Shown: positions 48,815 to 62,860, counted from the stretch's first letter. The stretch is DNA of 64,000 nucleotides from Camelus dromedarius (GCF_036321535.1 NC_087436.1:11160001-11224000), one strand, 5' to 3'. Translations and numbers: made by a program. Notes: generated from the letters alone by a model not told the origin.

Positions 48815-50285
48815 AACTTTTTATTATGAAAAATTCCAAGCGAACAGAAAAATGGAAATAATTATACTGTGAACGCACCAATAACTACCACATAGGGTCT
48901 ACAGTGAACATTTAGCTGTATTAGCTTCTTCAGGTACTGTCCGATATCCACTCATCTATCCATCAATTCTTCTTCATTACTTTCATGATGCATTTTAAAG
49001 CTGCAAATCTCAATATGCTTTACCTAAGCACTTAGGGTTACATATCACTGACTAGAGTTTGACACTTGTTTAACTTTTTCCTTGTGATAAAATTCATGGA
49101 CAGTGAAATGCGCCACTTTTTTTTTATACCATTTGATGAGATGTTTTTAAATTATATTTTATTTATTTATTTATTTTGGGAGGGTAATTAGGTTTATTTA
49201 CTTTTTAATTTATTTTTAGTGGAGATACTGGGGAGTGAACCCAGGACCTTGTGCATGCTAAGCATGCATCCTACCACTGATGAATTTTGGTGAACATATA
49301 CCTTTGTGTAATCCAAGCCCCTGTCAAGATATAGAACAACACCATCGTTTCAGATCTTCAAAGGCTTTTGACTCCCCCGCCCAGTCAGTCCCTTTTCCCA
49401 TCCCTAGAGGCAAACTCTCTTCTTCTCCTTGATACAGAATGCACATGCGATTCTTTTTAGATTCATTCATGTTTTTGAGTGTGTCAGTTAAACTATTCCT
49501 TTTTTACTGATAAGTAGTATTCCAATAATATTCCATTGTACCAGTGTAGCAAGGTATGTTGATCCATTCCTTTGTAGATGGACACCTGAGCTTTATCCAC
49601 TTTGGGGCCATTATGAACAAGCATGCTTCTCACATGTAACTTTCACTGGACATACGCTTTCAGCCTCTTGTGTAAATACTTAGGAGTAGATTTGCTGGCT
49701 CATAATGTACTAATAATTTTAGTTTTATAAGACACTATCAGAACCTTTTCCAAAGTGATTGCATCATTTTATCTCCCTCACTTCTGTTTTTCCACACCTG
49801 CTAATTTTGAGGTGGTCAGCCCTTTAAATTTTTGTTTTGCTGGTGGTGAGGTAATGCTGTCTCATTGTGGTTTTGTTTGCATTTACCTCATGACTAAGGT
49901 TGCTAAGCATTTTCCCATGGGCTTATGGGTCATTTGTATAGTTTCCTTTGTTGAATGTCTGTTCAAATATTTGGCTTGATTTTTAAAACTTGGGTGGTTT
50001 GCTTTTTTATTATTGAGTTGGAGGAGTTTTTGCCAGTACATATTGCAGCGCAAGTCTTGGGTCAGCTATCTTTTATGCAGATATGTTCTCCCAGTCTGTG
50101 AGTTGCCCATTCATTTGCTTAAATGTGTAGTTTGATGAGAACTAGTTTTAAATTTGATGGAGTCTAATTACCTGTATTTTGTATAGTTATTAATTTTTGT
50201 GTGCTACCTAAAAGCCTTTTTTAATTTCCAAGTTGCAAAGATACTCTTCAATGTTTTTTTTTCTCCTAGAAACCTTATCATTTTA
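48815..50285 (-). mobile_element. Old L1 3' fragments (L1MB/L1ME-like)
   Basis: acttttattatgaaaaattc; tagtattcc...gatggacacctg...tctcattgtggttttgtttgcattt. Confidence 0.65.
49145..49280 (-). mobile_element. tRNA-derived SINE (Vic-1-like)
   Basis: gggtaattaggtttattt...ggagatactggggagtgaacccaggaccttgtgcatgctaagc. Confidence 0.85.
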
Positions 50286-53200
50286 TTGTTTTGGGATTTA
50301 TTTGTATTGAGGTGACATTGGTTTATAACATTGTATGTTTCATGTGTACAACATTATATTTCTATTTCTGTAGGTGGTTCAGTGTGCCTACCACTGTATA
50401 TTTAGTTTCTATTTGTCACCACACAGCAGACCCCCTTGACCCCTTCACCCATTTAACCCTCCCCTCTGGTAACCACTACTCTGTTTTCTGTATCTTTGTG
50501 ATTGTTTTTGTTTGATTTAGTTTGTTCATTTATTTTGGTTTGTTTGTTTTTTTAAATTCCATGTATGAGTGAAGTCTTACAGTATTTATCTTCCTCCATC
50601 AGAGGAAGGTCCATCCATGTTGCAGCAAATGGCAAGATTTCATTCATTATGGCTGAGTAATATTCCACTGTGTGTGTGTCTATCACATCCTCTTTATTCA
50701 TTCATCTGTTGATGGACACTTAGCTTGCTTCCATAGTCTATTGTAAATAATGTTGCGATGAACACGGGAGTGCAGATATCTTTTTGAATTAGTGCATTTA
50801 TATTCTTTGCATAAATACCCAGAAGTGGGATAGCTGGATCAAATGGTAGTTCTATTCTTAATTTTTTGAGGAATCTCCATACTGTTTTCCATAGTGGCTG
50901 CACCAATTTACGTTCCCACCAACAGGGCACGAGGGTTCCCTTTTCTCCACATCCTCACCAAGCACTTGTTATTCCATGTCTTTTTGATGATAGCCATTCT
51001 GACAGGTGTGAGGTGCTATCTCATTATGGTTTTGACTTGCATTTCTCTGATGATTAATGATGCAGAAAATCTTTTCATGTGTCTGTCGGCCATCTGTATG
51101 TCTTCTTTGGAAAAATGTCTATTCAGTGTCTCTGACCATTTTTTAACTGGGTTGCATTTTTTATTGCTGTTGAGTTGTATAAGTTTTTATGTATTTTGTC
51201 AGGTACACTGCTTGCAAATATCTTCTCCCATTTGGTAAATCATCTTTTGTTGTTGGTGGTGGTGGTTTTCTTTGCTGTGCAAAAGCTTTTTAGTTTGATG
51301 TAGTACCATTTATCTATTTTTGCTTTTGTTTCTCTAGCCTGACGAGATATATCTATAAAGATATTGCTAAGACTGATGTCAAAGAGCATGCTGCCAAAGT
51401 TTTCTTCTAGAAGTTTTATGGTTTCAGGTTTTAAATTCAAGTCTTTAATCCATTTTGAGTTGATTTTTAAGTATAATGTGAGATAATGGTCTAGTTTCAT
51501 TTTTTTGCATGTGGCTGTCCAGTTTTCCCAATACTCTTTATTGAAGGACTGTCTTTTCTCCAATGAATGTTTTTTGCTCCTTTGTCATGAATTAATTGTC
51601 CATATATGTGCGGGTTTATTTCTGGGCTCTCAATTCTCTTCTGTCGGTCTATGTACCTGGTTTTTCTGCCAATATCATGCTGTTTTGATTACTACAGCTT
51701 TGTGATATAGTTTGAAATCAGGGACTGTGATACCCCCAGCTTTATTCTTTTTTTCTCAGGATTACTTTGGCTATTCAGGGCCTTTTGTGGTTTCATAAAA
51801 ATTTTAGAATTTTTTTGTTCTATTTCTGTGAAAAATGTCCTTGGGATTTTGATAATGATTGCATTGAATCTATAGATTGCTTTAGGTAAAATGGTTATTT
51901 TGACAATGTTAATTCTTCCAGTCCATAAGCGTAGAATATCTTTGCATTTATTTGTGTCTTCAGTTTCTTTCAAGAGTGTCATAGTTTTCAACGTTCAGGT
52001 CTTTCACTTCCTTGGTTAAATTTATTCCTAGGTATTTTATCTTTTCGTTATGATTGTAAATGGGATTGTTTTCTTAATTTCTCTTGCGGCTAACTTGTCA
52101 GCACATAGAAATGCAAGAGATTTTTGTATATTGATTTTGTATCCTGAAACTTTACTATATTTGTATATTATTTCTAATAGTTTTTGGTGCAGTCTTTAGG
52201 GTCTTCTATATATAAAATCATTTCATCTGCAAATAATGACACTCTTGCTTCTTCCTTTCCAATTTGGATCTCTTCTATTTCTTTTTCTTATTAATTGCTC
52301 TGGCTAGGACTTCCAACACTATGTTGAATAAGAGTAATGAAAGTTGACATCCCTGTTTTGTTCCTAATTTTAGAGAGATAACTTCCAGTTTTTCACCATT
52401 GAGTATGATGTTAGGTGTGAGTTTGTCGTGTATAGCCTTTATTGAAGTATATTCCTTCTATACCTACTTTATTAAGAAATTTTATTATAAATGGGTGTTG
52501 AATCTTGTCAAATGCTTTTTCTGCATCTGTTGAGATAATTATGTGGTTTTTAGCCTTCATTTTATTAAGGTAAAGTATCATGATGATTGATTTGTGGTTG
52601 TTGAACCATTTCTGCAACCTTGGAATAAATCCCACTGATCATGATGTATCATCCTTGCAATGTATTGTTGCATTCATTTTGCTAATATTTTGTTGAGGAT
52701 TTTTGTGTCTATGTTCATCAGAGATATGGCCTTTAATTTTCTTTTTTTTGTGTTGCCTTTGTCTGTTTATGATATCAGGGCCTCAAAATGAGTTAGGAGG
52801 TGTTTCCGGCCCTTCAATTTTTTGAAACAGTTTGAGAAGGATAGGTTTTAAATCTTCTTTGAATGTTTGGTAGAATTCATCTGTGAAGCCTCTGGTCCTG
52901 GACTTCTGTTTGTTGGGAACTTTTTGATTACTGTTTCATCTCTGTACTGGTGATCCGTCTGTTCAGATTTTCGATTGCTTCATGATTCAGTCTTGGAAGG
53001 TTGTAAGATTCTAAGAACTTGTCCATTTCCTCTAGGTTGTCCAATTTGTTGGCAGATAGCTGTTCATAATAGTCTCTTATAATCCTTTGTGTTTCTGTGT
53101 ATCTATTCTTATTTCTCCTCTTTCGTTTCTGATTTTTCAAAGCCTTCTCTTTTTTTCTTGATGAGTCTAACTAAAGATTTGTCAATTTTGTTTATCTTTT

Positions 53201-53845
53201 CAAAGAATCTGCTCATAGTTTCATTGATCTTTTCTACTATCTTTTTGGTTTCTATTTCATTTATGTCCACTCTGATCTCTATTATTCCCTTCCTTCTACA
53301 GACTTTGGACTTCACTTGCTCTTATTTTTCCTAGTTCCTTTAGGTATTTATTTGAATTTTTTCTTTTTTCCTGATATAGGCTTATATTTCTATAAACATC
53401 CTTCTTAGTACCACTTTTGCTATATCCCATAGATTTTGGTATGTTGTATATGCATTTTCATTTGTCTTAGGTAATTTTTGATTTCTCCTGTAATTTCTTC
53501 ATTAACTCAATAGTTGTTCAGCATCATGTTATTTAATTTTACACATTTGTGATTTTTCCAGTTTTCTTCTTGTAGTTGAATTCTAGTTTTATACCTCTGT
53601 GATCAGAAAAGATACTTGAAACAAGTTCAGTCTTCTTAAATGTATTAAGATTTATTTTATGTCCCCATATATGATCTATCCTTAAGAGAGTTCCATGTGC
53701 ACTGGAGAAGAATGTGTATTCTGCAGCATTTGGATGGAATGTTCTGCACAGTTCTACCAAATCCATCTGGTCTAATATTTTATTTAAGGCTGCTGTTTCC
53801 TTGATTTTCTGTCTGCATGATTTATCCATAGATGTAGGTGGGATG
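50286..53845 (-). mobile_element. ~3.5-kb decayed L1 covering most of ORF2 (endonuclease to C-terminus) and 3' UTR
   Basis: Collinear broken ORFs: AAEYTFFSSAHGT..RIDH (endonuclease, 53539-53913), [36 protein letters not shown] (reverse transcriptase), [36 protein letters not shown]. Confidence 0.95.
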
Positions 53846-54360
53846 TAGCTAGAATGGAGTAAGTGAGGGAAGGAGAAGTAGGAAAGTCGCAGACACAGAG
53901 GGAACCAGATCATGTAAAGTCTTCAGAGAGGCCCTTATGAGGATGTTAGTTTTTAATCTGAGTGGAAGGGGAAGTTATAATAGAATTTTGAGCAGGTAAG
54001 TGTAGTATGATGAATTTTTTAATGCTTGTTTTCAGAATAGACTTAAGAAAAGCAAGGGAAGAATGTGAGAGATCAGTTAGGAGCCTATTTCATTAAACCT
54101 AATAAGAGCTAAGAGTGCCTCAAATCAGGGTGGTTGCAATAGAAATGATGGGATTCAAAACATACTTCAAGATAAACTATGGAAAAGAATATGGAAAGTG
54201 AAGGAAAGAGAAGACTCAAGGATAACATCAGGAATTTTGTCTGGAGCAGCCAGAAGGATGGAGTTGTTGTCAAATGACAAGGGAAGTACTATGAATGGGA
54301 AAGTTAGGGAGTGAGATGAATCAGGAATTCAGTTCTGAACATGTTAAGATTGAGAAATGG
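53846..54360 (-). mobile_element. L2 fragment
   Basis: gctagaatggagtaagtgaggg...ccagatcatgtaaagtc...aatcaggaattcagttctgaacatgttaag. Confidence 0.7.
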
Positions 54361-56235
54361 GATATGAAATTCCAAGGATGTGTGTGATCATTGTCTAGTG
54401 AAATTTCTTAAGTTCCTTGCAGCTTAGAAACATTGTTATTACATATTTTCCCTGAACACAATTGCTCAGCTATGATCAATTTTTATTGCTCTCCTAAGCC
54501 AACAGTTTAAAGTGCCTTGGTTAATTTTTTGCCCATTTAGAGACCTACCATATTTTCATTTACAGTATCTCTTGCCAACTCTTTGTTAAAAAAAAAAAAA
54601 AATCCCAGGATTTACTAGTAATTGAGCTTCATGTCATAGTATAACTTTATTTGAGAAACATTCCTGTGACAATTACTGATACAAAAAAATAAACTTAAAA
54701 TGTCATCTTAAGAGTTCTGTGACAAATTGAATAGTTTTCTTGAATTGACTTCTATTCTTTACATAATTATCTTATCGTTTTTATAAGTCATCATCGTTAT
54801 CACAGGTAAATTATTCATAAACTACTTTGAACCTTTGCATGGCTTACTTTGTAGTCTTACGAAGGTAATTACAAAGTTAGACATGATGTCTGCCCTTTGG
54901 AATCTAGCACTGTAGAAATCACAGCACTGACTCACACAGCTTAAGAAGCCACGGTCATGTGGATAATGGAGTTTGTGGTTGCAGACGGTGAAGTCAGTAA
55001 GATTCTGCTGTGGCCCGGGACCCACCACCATGGTTATGCCTGAGATGTGCAGGTAACAGACTCAATTTAATGAAGTTATCTGGTGCTTTGTGTTGGCTCC
55101 CACTTCCAGGGATACAGGAAGGGTTAATAGAGTGAGAGCCACCCCACCCCATGCAGAGTCCGCCATCCCCAACTCTCACAGAGCACTCACTCTGTAGGGC
55201 CTGGTACTCACAAAATGGGAAACCATCTTTGAGTTTAAACAGAAACTTTGCAATGTGAAGCTTATGCTTGGGAGGTGACTATAAGTATGTCTGTCTTAAA
55301 ATGGCAAGAGGCATGGCCAAACAGGACAGCCTCTGTGAAGTTCTAGGGGGCCCAAAGACTGGAGATACACCACACATCCACCTGGGCTGCAACGCATTGG
55401 AAGAATAAGTGTGATGTTCTAAATAAAACCTTCTTCTGTTTTACCAAAATGATTGAATAAATGTCTGATTCAACCAAAATGACTGGAAATATTCAACAGC
55501 ACCTAATCAGAGCCCACAATACTGCCATAAAACAAGATATAAACATTTGTTTATATGCAGTGCACGATTCATCTAAACCCTATCAGGTTGAAGAGCCCTG
55601 GAACCACTTCATTGTGGGTGAATTGATGTGATTCCGCACCATCTAGAAGAATGAAATGCTTTGAAGAATAAGCAAAGAAGAACATCTAAGGAAATCTGCG
55701 TTCATTCTCCCCTTAGGCAGAAATAAAGCTCAACTGGCCCTGAGTTGAAAAGACTTGGAGATCTATTATTTTTCAATCCCGAAGGGATTCTGATTGTTTT
55801 GGCTTACAGGATGAATATCTAGCTAGACACAAAAGGACTAAAGAAAAAAATGAAAGTTAATATTCTTAGCATGAGCAGAAGTTAAATATAGTTTATATAC
55901 CCTTAAAGAAGAAAAAAAAAACCTTATAAAATATGCACCTCAGAGAAATGCAAATTTGGCAATGCTGCTTACTGCCTATACAATTCACTGAGAGTATTAA
56001 AATAAAAATGCTAACCCTTCCAGGATTTTTCTTTTTCTTATTTTTCTTTATTTTCCAAAATTCTCCAACAAGTATAAATTTTACAACCACAAAAAAAAAA
56101 AAAATGTTATTTTTTAAACCATCCTTTAGAAACCCAGAAACTGATATTAAATAAATTTAAAACCAATAAATACAACAGGATACGGTGAGAATAATCTCTT
56201 TTAAAATATGTATGTACCTGAAACCTGAGAATTTA

Positions 56236-57432
56236 TATTTTTTTTTATTGAAGTATAGCCAGTTTACAATATTATGTCAATTTCTGGTGTACAGCACATT
56301 GCTTCAGTTATAAATGAATATACATTTATTAGTTTTCATATTCTTTTTCACTGTAAGCTACTACAAGATATTGAATATAGTTCCCTGTGCTTTATAGCAT
56401 GAATTTGTTGTATATCTATTTTATATATATTAGCTAGTATCTGCAAATCTTGAACTCCCAATTTATCCGTTTCCACCCCATCTAGTAATCATAAGTTTAT
56501 TTTCTATGTCTGTGAGTCTGTTTCTGTTTTGTAAATAAATTCATTTGTCTTTTTTTCTAATTCCACATATAAGTGATATCATATGATATTTTTCTTTCTC
56601 TTTCTGGCTTACTTCACTTAGAATGACATTCTCCAGTCCATCCATGTTGCTGCAAATGGCATTATTGTATTCTTTTTTATGGCTGAGTAGTATTCCATTG
56701 TATAAATATACCACATCTTCTTTATCCAGTCATCTGTTGATGGACATTTAGATTGTTTCCACGTCTTGGCTATTATAAATAGTGCTGCTGTGAACACTGG
56801 GGTGTCTTTTTGAATTAAGATTCCTTCCAGATGTATGTCCAGGAGTGGGATTTCTGGATCATATGTTAAGTCTATTTTTAGTCTTTTGAGGACTCTCCGT
56901 GCTGTTTTCCATAATGGCCATACCAAACTACACTCCTACCAGCAATGTAGGAGGGTTCTCTTTCCTCTACATCCTCTCCAGGGTTTATCAGTCATGGACT
57001 TTTGAATGATGGCCATTCTGACTGGTGTGAGTTGGTATCTCATAGTAGTTTCGATCTGCATTTCTCTGATAGTTAGTGATATTGATATTGAGCATTTTTT
57101 CACATGCCATTTGTATGTCTTCATTAGAGAATTGCTTGTTTAGGTCTTCTGCCCATTTTTGGATTGGGTTGTTTGTTTTTTTATTATTAAGTTGTATGAG
57201 TTGTTCATATATTCTGGAAATTAAGCCCTTATCAGTCTCATCTTTTGCAAATATTTTCTCCCATTCCATAGGTTGTGTTTTGGTTTCCTTTGTTGTGCAA
57301 AAGCTTATAAGTTTAATTAGGCCCCATTTGTTTATTTTTGCTCTTATTTCTATTGCCTGGATAGACTGCCCTAGGGGAACATTGCTAAGATTTATGTCAG
57401 ATAATGTTTTGCCTATGTTGTCTTCTAAGAGG
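56236..57432 (-). mobile_element. Young 5'-truncated L1
   Basis: ORFs 56618-57473 are the ORF2 C-terminal third; TSD tgaaac(c/t)tgagaattt on both sides. Confidence 0.92.
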
Positions 57433-57639
57433 TGAAACTTGAGAATTTTTAATGATGGATCAAATACAGACACAGATTAAAATTAATGAAATTATTTTTT
57501 TAATAAATAACAGATCTGCAAAGGCAAATTAGACTTAAGAATTTCAGGAAGGGGGATAAATCTCAATGACCAAATGTAAGGAACTATTCAAAGTGCTTCA
57601 TCTCATACGATCCTCCCTAAAACTCCAAAAAATGGACTC

Positions 57640-58350
57640 CTAAACTTGCAGATTAAACGAATCCAAATAATCACAGTATATTTAGCCTGTTCTCATGGAA
57701 TAGAAAACTTCGTTCCAAGCAGTGTTTTCAGCAAAGATTTAAATGCAACCATAGAAGACCCCCTCGTTGAACTTATGGGTGACATAAAGCTGAAAGAATT
57801 CACATCTCTGTGTGATGGTAAGAGAAGGGTCTGAACCAGGTCATTGGCCAGCGAGAGGAGCTTGGATGCAGTTGGTGCTGCCACCGCCCTGGGGACCCTC
57901 GGCCACCTCACCCAGATCACTGCCTTCCCTCAGCACCCCACTCTACTTCAGGAGGACTTGGAAGCAAAGGAGAGAAACCTCAGGAAAAGGATTACCAGCA
58001 CTACATCAAGAAGGAGTGTTTGTTTAGACAGAAGGGGCGTGGAAGTGACATGGTGTGCATTTATTGTCTTCAAATATTTGAAGAGCCCTCCCATGAGAGA
58101 GGAACTTGCCAGTTTTGCTTTCAGGAACTGAGTGGTAATGGCCATGGCAGGAAGGAATTCACTGTATCTGAAGAAAGAGTTTTCTAATGAGCAGGGCTGT
58201 CCAGAGATTAAATAGGTTGCTTCCAAAGGTCGTGAGTCTCCTGTCACTAGAGGCATTCAAGCTTAAGCTAGGCCTCTATTCCACCAAAACAGTTTAGGGG
58301 GAATCAGTCACTGCATAATGTATAGACGCAGTGATCTTTAGTTTCTTTCC
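57640..58350 (+). mobile_element. L3/CR1-like ancient LINE remnant
   Basis: gtcttcaaatatttgaagagc...gtcgtgagtctcctgtcactagaggcattcaagc. Confidence 0.55.
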
Positions 58351-58611
58351 AAACGTGGAATTTTATTTAGCGGAAAGTTCTCAGGGAGAAGACGGGTTTT
58401 TAGTCAAACTTAAAAGAGAAGGTGCCTTGAAATATAGAGTTGTCCAAGAAACAGAAGAATCAATATCACAGACGATACAAAATATAGATTGAGAAAATCA
58501 ATCAAAGAGGCATTTGGCAGGTGAAAATATTGAGTAGGCACTGGGGACGTGTCACCTGTCATTCAGCAAGTATAACAAAGTGTAACCAAGAAAATGACTT
58601 GCCACCTATAT

Positions 58612-58965
58612 GAGCGTCTCAGTCGGTCTGGGCTGCTATAACAAATAATACCGCAGACTAGGGGGCTTAAATGACATTTATGGCTCACAGTTCTAAAGGC
58701 TGAAGAGTCCAAGATGAAGACACTGGCAGATTCGGTGTCCAGTGAGGGCCTGCTTCCTGGTTCTTAGATGTCGGTCTCCTCATCCTGTACCACATGGTGG
58801 GAGGGGTGAGGGTGCTCTCTGAGTGTCTAAAAGGGCACTAATCTTATTCCTGAGGGCTCCACCCTCATGAACTAACCACCTCCCTAAGGGCCCACCTCCC
58901 AACACCGTCACATGAGGGTTTCTGCAGGTGAATTCTGGAGGGACACAGACATCTGGTCCTTGACA
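58612..58965 (-). mobile_element. MLT1A-like LTR
   Basis: gtctcagtcggtctgggctgctataacaaa...gctcacagttct...gagggctccaccctcatga...gaattctggagggacac. Confidence 0.85.
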
Positions 58966-60019
58966 ATGAGCCTACAGGGTGAATAGAGAATTCGGAACAT
59001 ATATATGAGCCTAAAGTGGAGGGGCTGTTGTCTCAGAGATGGAAGGGATTACAGTTCAAGGCCTTGTTTTGTAGATGGCATTTACAACACGGCAGAAGCA
59101 CATGTGTAACCATCTACCTGCCCACAAACACAAGAGAAACCAGGGCTACTGGTTTCAGACCATTTCAGTGAGGTAATCATTCCACCCAGCAGGTAAGTCT
59201 TGTTCAGAATTTTTAAAGGACTCAGAGATACTTTGCCTTGGAAAAAAGAGGGGCAGACAAACCCAGCAGGTGAGAGAAACACCAGGCATCTAGGGTTAGT
59301 GGCCAGAGTCTGTGCTTTAACGTGAGATCATGGGAATATCTATACATAATGCAGCTTTTAGACTTTTCTCCAAGCCCCTGAGAACAAGAGGAGGAACTGC
59401 AGTGTCTCATAGAATTATTTTCAGCATAGCTTTCTGATGAGGTGGCTTTAAGAATTCAAAATACTAGTGAATTTCTTTGTACCCCGAAGAGTTTACTGAC
59501 TGTGAATGAGCCATTTGTATTGACTCTGGCAAGTCTTTCTCCGGATTAAGGCAATCATTTTGCCCAGTCCCATCAGCCCTCAGGGCACACACACAGCATC
59601 CCCATTAGGAAGCAGATGCAACAAAAAGATGGTGGTCCCCAGGCAACCACAGCAGCACTCGAGGGTTTATTCCAAAGCCCACAGGGTAAGTGGATAAGGT
59701 ACAAAAAGAATGGCTCAGGGCAAGGAACCACCAGAGAGGAAAATAAAGCAACAAAGGAACGGAAACACATCTTCCCTGGTGGGCAAAACAGAGGAAGAAA
59801 AACCTTCATCCCAATCTACCTGCCTATTTTATTGAAGCCCTAAGACTATTTTCAAAGCATACTTCGTGCCCTCCGGGTAGGATGTACTCAAGGTAGGGAG
59901 TGCTTGCTATCACTAAGATTTCTGAATCTACCTTCAACCCTCCTTCTCGCCCACCGCTATGAAATTTGGATCTGCACCAACTTACTTGTTTGTGTGCTGC
60001 TTTTTTTCACACAATTGGC

Positions 60020-60535
60020 CATACATTCATTCCGTGAACAGTAATGGAAATATTTACTGCATACCAGTCATTTTCGGAACTCTCCGGATGCAGAGGCAAA
60101 CAATAGAAGGGCCCGCTTTCATGGAGAGAGACACAGAAACAAATTCTGCAGGAGGAGGAGAGCTATGAGGACGAGAAGACAGGACAATGAAGAGCGCTCG
60201 GAGCCTGGTGTAGCCTGGAGTCAGGAAAGGCCTCTGTGGGGAGTAGTGTTAGGACAGAAGAGGGAGTGATGCTCAGAAACCAGGCACAGGGGGACGTGGG
60301 GGAGGGTCCCAGGCCCTGGGGCAGGTGGGAAGAGGTGCGCGGGGCTCAGCTCCCCACCGCCAGGGACATAGGCCAGGTCAGCAGGCTGGAGCCCGGGACG
60401 TGTCACGAGCGTGACCAGCACGAGAGAATGCAGGGCAGGTGATGCAGGGCAGGTGATGCAGGGCCTTGTGGAGCAGGGCTGGGAAACAGGATTTTATCCC
60501 AAGGTAAGCCACTTGACAATTAAGCAGAGGAGTGA
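60020..60535 (-). mobile_element. L2 fragment
   Basis: cattcattc...atttact; tcaggaaaggcctctgtgggga; gcagggccttgtgg...ggattttatcccaag. Confidence 0.55.
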
Positions 60536-61079
60536 CGTTACCCCAAAAGGTAAAGACCCAGGTCTCATCATATGCAAAGATAAGTTTACAGTCAGGAGAC
60601 AGTGCATTGTGCAGCGAAAGATTTTTAAAGATTTATTTTTAAAAAGTACACCTCCAAGAGCAGGAGTTGAGCTGATCCAAGAGAGGAAGGGTGGCAGTTT
60701 TTGTCCCCCGCTCTTCTCTTATATCCTCACTTAGAGGTGATCTCTTGACTGATTGACAGTTCTTGGCCCTGGAGCGCTCAGTCATGCTCGTCCACTTCTG
60801 CGCATGTCCTTACCCGTGACGCACACAGAAAAACCCGTGGGAGGGAGGGCTAAGCTGCAGTGTTATTTATAATGAAAGAAGCATTGAGTCTTGTCGGGTT
60901 AAGTCCTTTCCGCTACTGCACAGTCATGGCTGTCGGACCCCAACCAGTTTCCTGCTGGCACTGGTTTAGAGGAAGTAAATCCCCTCTACACTGGAGGTGG
61001 GCACAGCGCCATCTTCTGGACCGTGCCCTCTCTCCTCCATCCAACTGCCCGGTGCCCCCACATGTCTAACTACCTAACA
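60536..61079 (-). mobile_element. ERV1-type solo LTR, same family as 15052-15587
   Basis: Collinear with the 15-kb copy (aaagattttaaagatttattt; gtcatgct.gtcc; gttaagtcct.tc.cgctactgc; aactacctaaca). Confidence 0.85.
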
Positions 61080-61553
61080 GCACGAGCGAATTTACACTTG
61101 CAGTCATTCTAGTTGGGAGGAAAGCAGGACTGTGGGATGGTGGGGTTGAGATTTGTCTAATGACCCATTTCCCTCCCCAAATGGAGAAGATAATGTCTAA
61201 GTTTAATTGGTTTCTGGGGATTATCTAAGTAATTGTGACAAATCTAGGTAGCCATGCCTTACATATTAGTAAGTGACCGCAACTTAAATAAGCTTAGATG
61301 TGATAGACGTGATATACGTAGAAGGAGTAAGATTTATTTTTTATTCTGTAAAAATGGATGTGCTGTACCCACTAATGTCTGCTACTAATTAGTAATTGCA
61401 GTTCATCTTACCCTGTGAGGGGACAAGTGATTCATTCATACACCAAGAACCCTGGACACTTTCGTGATGGACCCAGGAAGAAATGCAGGTGTGCGTCCAA
61501 CTGTCAGACGCTCCCACAAGAATATTCTAGAGTGGGGAGAGGGCAGGTAGCTG

Positions 61554-62203
61554 TGTCGCCTGTCGATGTAGCTGGTGTCCAGGTTCTTGTCCGTCCCGGA
61601 AAGAATTCAGAGACAAGACACAGAAGTCAAGAAAGTAAAGTGAGGACTTATTAAGGGATGGATAGGACACTCTCAAGGGGAGAGTGGGCAGGCTCAGGTG
61701 AGCAGCTGCCCTGAGTTTCTTTGGCAAGTTGGTTCCATAGGGTGTAAAATGAATGGGCAGAATATTCATTGGGGAGGTAAGGGTTTGGGGTCATATCCCC
61801 TGATTTTTGTCCCCACCTTCCCAAAGGGAGGAAGGATTTTGTCCTTATTTAGTCTGAATTGGAAGTGTCATGGTGGTGGTGCGTGATGGGTACTTCTAAT
61901 CTGCAAGGCTAATTTTATTGAAATGAGGGCATAATCAACAGAAAGTTACATTCAGACACTGGAAATTCCTGCCTTTTCCCATATTTCTTGGTCAGCTTCC
62001 AGGCCCCTCATCACCCCCCGAAAATGTGACCACTTATCAGCCCATGGGTTCGTGTTTTTCTTTCTCAGCCCAGGGACCCCTGGTGCTTACATGATGTACA
62101 GTTCCCTGTATTTGGCCTGTGTCTCTCCTTTCTGCCCAATTCCGGCCACGTGGCCTGTGTCCCCATTTCTCTGTTCGTATCTAGCTATCTGCCTGCTCTA
62201 ACA
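61554..62203 (-). mobile_element. ERV1-type solo LTR (different family)
   Basis: TGT...TAACA, flanks gctg/gctt, tccaggttcttg...aaagaatt and tatctgcctgctctaaca motifs. Confidence 0.7.
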
Positions 62204-62547
62204 GCTTCATCTTCTGAAGGCATCATCTTTGCCTTTAGATAATAAACTTTTAACTTTGAGACCCAGAAGAGTCACGGGCCACCTTTTCTGGAGTTGGGGA
62301 CACGGCACGGTGGCGGAGGGCTCCTGGTTAAGGGCTCTCTGTCCCAGTAGTCGACACAGAGGTAATTAGGTTCCATGCTCAAGAGCCACGTTCAGGGTCC
62401 ATGTTACCAAACCCGTGTTGCCATGGGGTTGGTTGCAAGCAAGGGTTTACTGAAGGGCGCCAAGGGAGTGGGAGACGAGCCTCAGATCCACTCCCACTTG
62501 CTCTTGGAGTTGGGGTTTTTAAAGAGGAAGAACTTGGAGCCTGAGAC

Positions 62548-62630
62548 TGGTAGATACAGCTCCGTGGCAGAGTGCATGCTTAGTATGCACAAGGTCCAGG
62601 GTTCCCCACTAGCTTCACTGAAAGAAAACA
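62548..62630 (+). mobile_element. Degenerate tRNA-derived SINE
   Basis: acagctccgtggcagagtgcatgcttagtatgcacaaggtccagggttc. Confidence 0.7.
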
Positions 62631-62724
62631 GAGGCTGGAATTAATCATCATCTTGTGACTTATTTATAAGTTTTGGTTTTTATTTCTAGCACTTTAAAGA
62701 TGTTACCCATTGTCTTCTGGCCTT

Positions 62725-62860
62725 CACTTCTTTTTTGCGTGGGAGGAGGTTGGGAGGTAAATAATTAGGTTTTTATTTATTTAGTGGAGGTACTGGGGAT
62801 TGAACCCAGTACCTTGTGCATGCAAAGCATGTGCTCTATCACTGAGCTACACCCTCCTCC
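62725..62860 (-). mobile_element. tRNA-derived SINE (Vic-1-like)
   Basis: ggaggtactggggattgaaccc...ctatcactgagctacaccctcc. Confidence 0.88.

Noticed and set aside
50286..53913. L1 ORF2 fragments as an active element or host CDS
   Set aside because: Many stops and frameshifts, 5' truncated, no ORF1 or promoter
60428..60464. 14-bp tandem (tgcagggcaggtga x ~2.5); similar small duplication near 12082-12110
   Set aside because: Ordinary slippage duplications
15052..61079. The two related LTRs as ends of one provirus
   Set aside because: The first has its own TSD, they are 45 kb apart, and no gag/pol/env or primer-binding site lies between them
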